Positions 41,222-49,700 of a stretch of DNA of 64,000 nucleotides are shown piece after piece. Within the stretch, counting starts at the first letter, position 1; the number at the start of each line of letters is the position of its first letter. The DNA comes from an uncultured beta proteobacterium. GTDB taxonomy: Bacteria > Pseudomonadota > Gammaproteobacteria > Burkholderiales > Burkholderiaceae_F. The translations under genes were made by a program, and so were the position numbers. The DNA is taken from assembly GCA_963801035.1 (NCBI GenBank), contig CAWDDF010000010.1:212496-276495 (forward strand). The letters run 5' to 3'. A model generated the notes under the pieces. That model searched no databases, was not told where the DNA came from, and worked only from the letters and a program-made list of their open reading frames with translations.

Positions 41222-43150
41222 ATGGTCGAGGTGGTCGAAGTCAATCTAAACGCATTCGACGAGCTGATGCGAAACAAGCCGTACGCTGCAAATCGTTTGC
41301 TTTTCGACTGGTTGAGCGATGACAGGCGTCGCCTGGACCTGTACGAGGCGTTACGCGACCGACGGGTTCTAAAGTTTCAAAGCCGCGCCGAGATCAAAAA
41401 CCCACCGCCGCAGCCACCGACGTTCAGGCAAGACGTTTTTTTAGTGGCTTCGGCCGATCTGATCAAGGAAGCGCTGTCGGACTCGGCCAGATTCAGCAAC
41501 ACACCGTACGCCGCGCTTGGAACCGGCACGTTCATGTTGGCACTGAACGACCGCGATCCGGCGCATCCGAAGCAACGTGCCTTCGTAATTGACGCCCTTA
41601 AATCAGCATCTGACCCTGAGCATCTAACGGCGCTGATCAGGACCGCATTCCGAGTCGCGGCTACGCTGCCACTGAAAAAGTCAGAGTTCGACCTCGCGCA
41701 ACTCGCGGAACAAACAGCGTTGCGCTTTGCCGGCCTGATGTTCGGATATTTGGCCAGTGACCATCCGATGCTCGAGAACACGCTTAGCAGAGCGTTTCGC
41801 GGTCTTAACTATCAGATTCTCGCGCGGCACTTTGTCAGCGAACCCGGTACGGTTCCGGATGCCACCGGGGCAATGGGAGCGCTGCTCACGCGCACTGCGG
41901 CGCTGATCGACCAGTATGCCTCCTCCGGGGTTCCGTCAGAGCAAAAGGAGCTCTACGAGAAGATCGGGCTCAAGAACTTCAGCCCGGCGTTCGAAGTGAT
42001 GGGCCAGCATCCCGCCGAACTCTCCGGCACCGAGCGTGCTATCGCAGCGGTGGGCACGCTTGTCGGCATCATTGGCAACGTACAGGCAAGCGTCTGCATT
42101 GCCGTCAACCAGATCTTCGAGGATAAAGAGCTACCCGAAGTTGCGCGAGCGGCACGCGATGACGACTTCGTTATCCAGCGGGTCGTACGCGCGCTAAAGC
42201 AGCATCCGCCTGCTGCCTTTTTGCCACGCCAGGCTATCAAAGATACCGAGCTTGGCGGTGAGAAAATTCCGAAGGATTCGGTTCTGATCCTGGCAATGGG
42301 AGCCGCCAACGATGAAGCGTTGATCTTCGGCGGTAACAACGATTCATATGGGCATCGATGCCTCGGCAAACATCTCGCGTTACCGCTTATAGTGAGCATG
42401 GTCAAGCAAGTCGTGCTGCTGCCCGGACTCGCTCGTACAAAAGACGTTGTGACGGGCGACCCGATTCGACTTTCAAAGTCGTGGGGGTTCAAGTGCGAGA
42501 AGTTTCCGCTGCGCTACGACCGCGACCAGGTGCTGATACAGCAGCCGCTGAACGTCATCATGAACGTTAAGCAACCGGTACCCGAGAACGCCGCGAAGCT
42601 GAAGCTTGTGATCAAGTACGGCGCGCCTCAGATTGAAAGCAGCCTAACGGCGTCCCGGCATGTGCATTTCGCGTGGTTCGTTTTTCTCGAGAACGACACC
42701 AAGCTTGCCTTGTTCACGACTTACGATGGAGATTTCGACGCCTACATCGAGCACTTCGCATTGCAAGTAGGTCCACTGTTTGACAGGTTGTTGGAACACA
42801 TCGAGGATGCGCCGCCGCGTCCCGTAAGGCAATTCCCCAAGGAGTTCGTCGAAACGATTCGGCGCTACAACGAGGCGCCGGTCGAGGGCTACTTCTTTAG
42901 CGCCTATACGAAGCAAAGCGTAGCGGCAATCCAAGGCGCCGCTACAGCCGCCGAAAAAACCCGGAAAGCGGTTTTACAGAAAGCACTGCGTATGACACTC
43001 GTCGAATCGGCAAATATTGAGCACATCGCAAAACCCGTCGCAGCGCGCCGGCCGTCGGGGATAGATCTCGAAGCCGCACAGATCCAGCGCATTGTCGTCG
43101 TCTGGGTACCGGTCGCAGTGCGCCCGCCACTTCGTGCTGGCAATTGCTGA
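41222..43150 (+). CDS. Atypical cytochrome P450-like domain plus unassigned ~150-aa domain; reading frame runs into the Dyp N-terminus
   Basis: An aggagg RBS precedes ATG 41222. The P450 Cys-ligand loop is FGGNNDSYGHRCLGKHLALP (Cys codon 42359-42361). LKQHPPAAFLPRQAIKDTELGGEKIPKDSVLIL matches the K-helix/meander region. The I-helix region GIIGNVQ lacks the usual acid-alcohol pair. The frame-1 tail IDLEAAQIQRIVV looks like a Dyp N-terminus. Confidence 0.65.
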   Translation: MVEVVEVNLNAFDELMRNKPYAANRLLFDWLSDDRRRLDLYEALRDRRVLKFQSRAEIKNPPPQPPTFRQDVFLVASADLIKEALSDSARFSNTPYAALGTGTFMLALNDRDPAHPKQRAFVIDALKSASDPEHLTALIRTAFRVAATLPLKKSEFDLAQLAEQTALRFAGLMFGYLASDHPMLENTLSRAFRGLNYQILARHFVSEPGTVPDATGAMGALLTRTAALIDQYASSGVPSEQKELYEKIGLKNFSPAFEVMGQHPAELSGTERAIAAVGTLVGIIGNVQASVCIAVNQIFEDKELPEVARAARDDDFVIQRVVRALKQHPPAAFLPRQAIKDTELGGEKIPKDSVLILAMGAANDEALIFGGNNDSYGHRCLGKHLALPLIVSMVKQVVLLPGLARTKDVVTGDPIRLSKSWGFKCEKFPLRYDRDQVLIQQPLNVIMNVKQPVPENAAKLKLVIKYGAPQIESSLTASRHVHFAWFVFLENDTKLALFTTYDGDFDAYIEHFALQVGPLFDRLLEHIEDAPPRPVRQFPKEFVETIRRYNEAPVEGYFFSAYTKQSVAAIQGAATAAEKTRKAVLQKALRMTLVESANIEHIAKPVAARRPSGIDLEAAQIQRIVVVWVPVAVRPPLRAGNC

Positions 43151-44411
43151 CCCGGTTCGGGCGCGGCGATGGCTAGCCGCGGTGGCAAATGAAATCACGC
43201 TGGCGTCGAACAAGGACCCTAAGGACCGTCACGATAAGACCGAGCACATCAACGTCGGCTTTACGTATCGCGGTTTACGGAGCCTGCAGTTGGACGCGAA
43301 GTACTTGTCGATCTTCCACGTCAAGGCCCCCGCCTTCACCGAAGGCGCGTGGTTCCGCGCGGCGCGCAGACTCGGCGACACCCTCGAGAGCGACACGGAT
43401 TTCTGGGACGATCCGTTCCAGCCGGACTCATCGCACGTGATACTGCTGTTGCACGCCGAATCTGAAGAGGCACTGGACGATACGGTCAAGCGACTCAGGG
43501 AATATGGCGGTGCCGATGGGCTGTCAGGTTGGGACGAAGCATTCGACGCCGCGCACATTACCGACGACCCGGATGACCGGCGCGCGCACTTCGGGCTGAA
43601 GGACGGCATTACCCGGGTTCACATCGAGGGCATCTACCAAGGCGACGATCCGAACATGCACAAACCGGGCGAGCTGCTGCTCGGCTACACGAATGACGAA
43701 GGGTTTAACCCATGGGTGCTGGCCAAGCAGCCCGATGAAGTCGGCGAATTCTTCAAGGACGGCAGCTTCGGTGTGTTTCGCAAGATGGAGCAGGACGAAG
43801 CGGCATTTAACACGTTCGTCGGTCTGTGCGCCGCTGCGCTGGGAGAAACTCGCGAATACGTCCTCTCCAAGTTCGTCGGGCGCTGGCCCGATGGCCAGGT
43901 AATTGACGCGAAGTCGCATTCGATCCCGCCGAAAGCTTTGCCCAAAGGTGGCCGCGTTGACGATTTTGACTTCAGTCAGGACGATCGTGCTATTGGCTGT
44001 CCGTTCGGCTCGCACATCCGGCGCATGAATCCCCGAAAAGACGCCGTCGTTCCATTTCGCCGGCGGCCGCTGATACGGCGTGGTATGCCCTACGGCAAGG
44101 CATTCGCGAAAGGTAGCGAGTCGGAAAAGCGCGGCTTGATGGGTTTGTTTTTCTGCGCCAGCATCGAAGATCAGTTCGAGCACCTGGTTGCCGAGTGGGC
44201 GGAAAAGAATCCGATCGGGATCAATAATCAGGGCGATTGCAAGGATCCACTGACAGGAAGCCATGGGGCAGCGCCGTCGATCTTTGATATTCCGATGCCC
44301 GATGGGTCGTCGCGCAAGATCGTCGGCTTTCGCCCCTTTGTCATCACCCGCGGCACGCTGTACGCGTTTTTCCCCACCAAGCCGGCGTTGCAGGCGATCT
44401 CCAAGAACTGA
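43092..44411 (+). CDS. Dyp-type haem peroxidase (probably fused to, or frameshifted from, the preceding ORF)
   Basis: The GxxDG motif is HFGLKDG (Asp codon ~43602). The proximal-His motif is GCPFGSHIRRMNPRKD (His ~44013). RRGMPYG is present. The N-terminal SGYRSQCARHFVLAIADPVRARRWL continues the upstream frame's …AAQIQRIVV. Confidence 0.8.
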   Translation: MSSSGYRSQCARHFVLAIADPVRARRWLAAVANEITLASNKDPKDRHDKTEHINVGFTYRGLRSLQLDAKYLSIFHVKAPAFTEGAWFRAARRLGDTLESDTDFWDDPFQPDSSHVILLLHAESEEALDDTVKRLREYGGADGLSGWDEAFDAAHITDDPDDRRAHFGLKDGITRVHIEGIYQGDDPNMHKPGELLLGYTNDEGFNPWVLAKQPDEVGEFFKDGSFGVFRKMEQDEAAFNTFVGLCAAALGETREYVLSKFVGRWPDGQVIDAKSHSIPPKALPKGGRVDDFDFSQDDRAIGCPFGSHIRRMNPRKDAVVPFRRRPLIRRGMPYGKAFAKGSESEKRGLMGLFFCASIEDQFEHLVAEWAEKNPIGINNQGDCKDPLTGSHGAAPSIFDIPMPDGSSRKIVGFRPFVITRGTLYAFFPTKPALQAISKN

Positions 44412-44471
44412 GCACATCGGCGCACGCCCAGGAAGCGTCTGTCGCGACTACCACGGTTGGCTGCCCGAACT

Positions 44472-46473
44472 ATGCAAGCGGTGCGCGCGCGCATAAAGCG
44501 ATGGTTAAACCGCCGTGAAGACACGGGTTGTGAGCAAGGTAAGCCCGATCCCGAACCCGAACCCTTTGTCGACAAGGCGCCGCCCGATCGCTTTTGCGAT
44601 CTCGTGCTGACGGGCGGTGTTACCAGCGGCGTCATTTATCCGTCCGTCGCCGTCGAGTTAGCACGCCATTACCGCTTCAAGAACATCGCCGGCACTTCGG
44701 CGGGCGCCATCGCGGCAGCCTTGACGGCGGCGGCGGAATACGCGCGGCGCAAGAGTCTTCCCGGCAGATTTGAGGCATTGAGCGACGTTCCGAAGCGGCT
44801 AGCCGAGGAAGGTCAACGGCAAGACGCGCTTGCTGTCGCTATTCCAACCGTCTCCGAAAACGAAGCGCCTATTCGGGCTTTTTCTTGGCATGTTGAACAA
44901 GAGCGAGGCCGGATCAGGAATGACATGGTCTGGCATGCTCGCCTGGACACTGGTAAAGCAATACTGGTTTGCGTTGGTTGTGCCGCTGCTGCTGGGATTG
45001 GCGCTCGCGTACGCGGTCACGCCGCGCTGGCTTGCGGTGATGGTCGGCCTCTGCGCCTTCGTTACCGCCGGTGTGATATGCGTTGCCCACCGTGTGTACA
45101 GAGACCTGAATGACGGCATGATTTCCAACGGGTTCGGTCTATGCAAAGGAAGCGAAACCAGCGATCCCGAGAATCCCGCTTTGACCGACTGGCTGCACGA
45201 AAATATTCAGAAGATGGCCGAAAAGGCCGACGCAGAGCCGCTGACTTTTAAAGATCTGTGGCGCGCGGAGCCATTACCAGAGTGGCTGGCTGACTTCTTC
45301 CCGCCCGACAAAGGAAGGGCAATCAATCTGCAGATCATTACCGCGAACCTGACCCATGGCCGTCCCTACCGTCTGCCGTTGGATGACGACTCGACCCGTC
45401 TTTTTTTCAAGGAAAGCGAGTGGCGAACATACTTTCCCGCCGGCGTGATGACGCACCTCTTGAAAGACAACGTCTCGCCGCGGTATGCGCCACGCGACAG
45501 CTCGGAGCCGCCCATTGATGGCGACACCGAAGGTCTGCGTGAGCTTCCAAAAGACAAGCTTCCGATCGTAGTTGCCGCGCGCCTGAGCCTGAGCTTCCCG
45601 TTTCTTTTTTCGGCGGTTCCCCTTTGGGCCATCGACTTCGAGCCAAAGATCGAAGTCGACAAAACGCACCGAAGAAAGCTGCGGCGGTGCTGGTTTTCTG
45701 ACGGCGGCATCTGCTCCAATTTTCCGATCCATCTATTTGATGCCTTCCTGCCCAAATGGCCGACCTTTGGCATTTCTTTGGGCCGACGCAGCCCGTTTCG
45801 CCCCGCCGAGCGCACTTGGTTGCCTGACTTTCATAACGAGGGGAGCGCGGACGCTTGGAACCGCTTCGATGATGAAACATCGCTGGCGACCGGCAAGCCG
45901 CGCAAATCGCTGCAGCGGCTCGTCGGTTTCGCGATGAGCATCATCGCGACAGCCAAGGACTGGAATGACAACACCGAGATGCGAATGCCAGGCTACCGCG
46001 ACCGCGTCGTTCGCGTCGGGTTCTGCGACGGTGAGGGAGAATTGAATGTCAGGCTGGACGATAAGGAGATCCTGCGGCTTGCCAGAGACTATGGCACCGC
46101 GGCGGGTAAAAAGCTTGTGGATAGATTCATCGGTCGGGACCCGGACTGCCCTTCGCAGGCCTGGAGAGATCATCGATGGGTGCGCTTCAATGTATTGCTG
46201 CAATCACTGCGCGAGCGCGTCAATATGATCACGCTGGCAGCGGAAGCAACGCCATACACGCAGCCGCTGAAGGAGCAGATCGCCAAAGCGTTCGCGGCGC
46301 GCCCGCTGTACGGCGTTAGGGATCATGAAGCGCCGTTGAGCGCGGCACAGGCCGACGCACTGGACGGGCTGCTCAATGCAATGATTGAACTTGAGCGGCA
46401 GTTCGAGAAGTATGCCGCGCAGCAGCCGTATCAAGCGGAGCCGAGGCCAAGCTTGAGAAATCGTCCGCCCTGA
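44472..46473 (+). CDS. Patatin-like phospholipase with internal TM hairpin and long C-terminal domain, interrupted by one apparent frameshift near 44805-44830
   Basis: Oxyanion region LVLTGGVTSGV. Nucleophile elbow GTSAG (Ser ~44697). Asp of the dyad in WFSDGGICSNFPIHLFD (~45700). Hydrophobic stretches are WFALVVPLLLGLALAYAV and LAVMVGLCAFVTAGVICVA. The two track ORFs (44457..45113 and 44830..46473) are collinear. Confidence 0.8.
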
Positions 46474-46490
46474 TAATCGCCGAGACATCG

Positions 46491-46682
46491 CTATCGGGTT
46501 CTGAGCGAAGTAACCGGCCTTAGGGTCGGTTCAACACATACTGCTTCCACGACACTCCGCCGGCGATGCTTTCCTTGTCTCGAATCATGTGACTCGCCGA
46601 ACACGTCGCGCAGATCGCGACACAGGTGCCCTGCAACGTACTGATCTGGATGTCGACGGTAGCTAACGAAGATCTTCGTCAT
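46491..46682 (-). pseudogene. TIR-domain gene remnant (N-terminal ~55 aa only, frameshifted)
   Basis: MTKIFVSYRRHPDQYVAGHLCRDLRDVFGES continues in another frame as MIRDKESIAGGVSWKQYVLNRP*. This covers only the TIR beta-A/alpha-A/beta-B region. The rest is missing, because the convergent patatin gene ends at 46473. Confidence 0.6.
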
Positions 46683-46748
46683 TACTCAACAATCCGTCGC
46701 GGGCATTGCAGTTTCAACGCGAATATTCGGCAAAGGCTGACTGACCGA

Positions 46749-49700
46749 TCAGTTCGTCCTGCCATACGTCTGCAGTTTCGCCAGCAGCTCTCCGGCTGCG
46801 CGACCCTCGCCGCCTGTAGCGCGCGCTGCGTACTTCGGCAGCACGAACGACGCCTGGTCGATTACCGAGCTCCACATCGAAGGCGCGCTGACGCGGGCGA
46901 ACAGATCCTCGAATTCCTGCTCGATCTCGGGGCGCTCGGCCGCGAGACGCCGCTCTGCGATCGCGATGTACATGCGCAACTCGATGACGCCAACGAAACT
47001 CCAGAAGTCAGGATCGTCTCGCGCCTTGGCCGCGAGACTGTCCCTTATTTCTGCCAACACCGAGTCGTCGAACTTGTGCGAGCTTCTGTTTCCTGCATCG
47101 ACGATCAGCTCAGCCGCCATCCGATTCAGCGCCGGATAAAACAGTGCTGAGCGATCGGTAGCGCGCGCGAGTGCCTCTGCTCGCGCATACGCTGCCTTCA
47201 TGCCGCTAATGGCGGTGAGCTCTTTGTCCGGCTTTCCGGCCGCTGCTTCAATCAACGCGAGTCGCTTCCACGCGGAGCCGCAAAGATTCTCACGCTCGAT
47301 CGAGGGCTGCAGCCTGGTCAGTCCTTCGAGCAAATCGAGCGCGGCCTTGACTTCCGCTCGCGCGTGCTCCAGTTGCGCCGCACTCGGCTTGGCTTTACCG
47401 GTGTGAGCCTGCTCTACAACTTGCAATGCAAGTCGCGAACGCAGGTTGCCGAGTTGTTCGCCCGCCTTGATCGAAGCGCTTCCATCGTTGGCGGCGAGCG
47501 CTTTGCGGTACCACGCGATTGCCGACGCGAAGTCTTTCGTCTCGGCCCACGCGACGCCGTAGGCCTCGGCCACCGCCCCCATGTCACCCCAGTGTTTTCC
47601 GAATTGCTCTTCGAGGTGGCGGATCTTCTCGCGCTGAGTCTCTTTGTCCGCTTTCTGGTAGCGGCTCTTTATCGCCAGTGATTCGAGCGCAAGCGTTAGC
47701 GCGACGGGGGACGCGACACCGGCAAACTCATCGGCCAGGGGCGGAGAGGGGTGCTGTGCATCGCCGACGCCGCGGCGGAAAACCCAGTCAGGATCGCCGT
47801 AGCACTGGTAGGCGCCCCACGTGTTACCTCCTCGCGCGTGCGCTGCGGTGCGCGCTGCCGCCACGGCGTCGATGAAGCGGCGGCCGCATAGCAATGCGTC
47901 GTAGAACGTCGTCGCAAAGATCATTGCAGGCTCGTCTTCAACCGCCCAACCGGCAGCGACGACGCAACGCACGCCGATCTTGATCAGCTCTTCGGCGACG
48001 TTCGCGGCGAAACGCGACCGGTCGTAAGAGCCCGTAAGCACCTCGCTTGGATTGCGTGCCGCCAGATGGCAGCAGTTGACGAACACCAGCTCCGGCACTG
48101 CACGCATGTTGCGAATCTCGCGCGTGCCGAGAAACGAGTCGCCCGACAGCACGACCCCGCGGGGATTGACGAGCTGCTGCAAGGGGTCATCTTGCTTTTT
48201 CGGAATCGGACCCGCCATCTCCGGCGGCTCGCCGTGGCCAGCGATGTGCACGATGCGCCAGTCGCGCTCCATCAACGTGTTGATGACGGTGAGCGCGTCG
48301 GCACCGAACTGCTGCGGGTCATCGGGGCTGATCAGCGCCTTCACTTGTTGCGCGCCAACCGTCTTCAAACGCTCTGCGACCGCGTTCGCCTCGATGCGCG
48401 CGCCGATCAGGCGCGGGTACCGGCTATCGCATTTGGGTTCGCCGATTACGAGCACGCTCGCATCGGCGTCGGCGTCGACGATCTGTTGGCGAAACTCTGC
48501 CGTCCGCAGCTTGCGCAGAAGCTTCGCGCGAATCGCCCACGGCGGCTGGTCGTGCGACGTGGCGCCTTGGTCGGTGTCGAGCAGCTCCCAGGGAATTCCG
48601 GCGGTGCCGCTGTCGAGCTCCATCACCATTTCGGTGGTCCCGCCGAGGAACGGCTCCATCTCGACCGGCACCAGCAGCTGGAACAGCGTGCGGCCGATAC
48701 GCCGATCGGTGTTCTGATCGTTCGATGCGCTGGCTACCAGCTCGCGCAGCAGCGGCCCCTGTGTGGCCTGTGCACGAACTTCAGTTCGCGCCCGCTTGGT
48801 ATCGAGCGTGTACGCGATCATGGCGTCGTTGTGCAGGCCGAGTTGTGTGACGGCCGAGATGAAGTCGTAGTTGACACCTCGATAGCTCGAGTCGAGCGGC
48901 CTCCGCAGCGCGCCGGTCCCTTGGCGCACGACGTCGGTGACCGCATAGCGGCCCGGTGTTGCCGTGTCCTGCACCTGCAACGAACGCCAGGCCTCGGTCG
49001 CGCGGTCGAGATACAGCTCGACCAGATGCAGGTGGCCGACGCGAGGCCAGCGGCGAACGGGGCGCTTGCTGTCGGCTGCGCGCTCCAGGGTCTCCTTTTC
49101 ATTGGCCTCACGCAGACGATCGTCCGCCTCACGCACGCCTTGTACGACGAGCTGCGCCGACTGGCCCACGGTGATCCCGGTACCGCCGCTGCCGATCATC
49201 GTGGCCGCGAGCTCGAACAGAGCGGGAGCGTCGGCGTTGGTCTCGCCGATACGTTGTGCCCATGCGATCGTCGCTTGCCGCACCGTGTGAACAAGCTCAG
49301 CGGGGGAAAGTTTGCCTTCCTCACCGAGGCCGACCACGACCACCGCTTCAGGTCGCGGCGGCAGCCACGGGTTGTCCGGATCTGCCTGCATATTGATGAA
49401 CACCTGGTGCGTGCCGGTCGGTACCGGGTATAGGCCGACCTTCAGCGCGTCTTCCATCGCGCCGCCTATCAGCTGGTTCATCACGGCTTCGGTGCCCGAC
49501 AAACGCAGAGAGCGATAGTGTCCGATCAATAACGGCTCGCGGATGAAACGAAGGTCGCCATTGACGACCGTGACTTGCAACGCGGCGCCGCGCGCGGCCG
49601 GACCGGCGATGGTCTGCCGATCGTCGAGCGAAAGCAGTTCGCGCGCGTTCTCCGGCGGCGGTCCGGTCACCCGGGTGCGTGACGGCCGGCTGCGTACATG

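Noticed and set aside
46525-46550. Possible att-like copy of the tRNA-Phe T-arm (gtcggttcaa)
   Set aside because: Only about 10 nt are similar, with a gap, and the match is in inverted orientation relative to the tRNA gene. This is consistent with chance.
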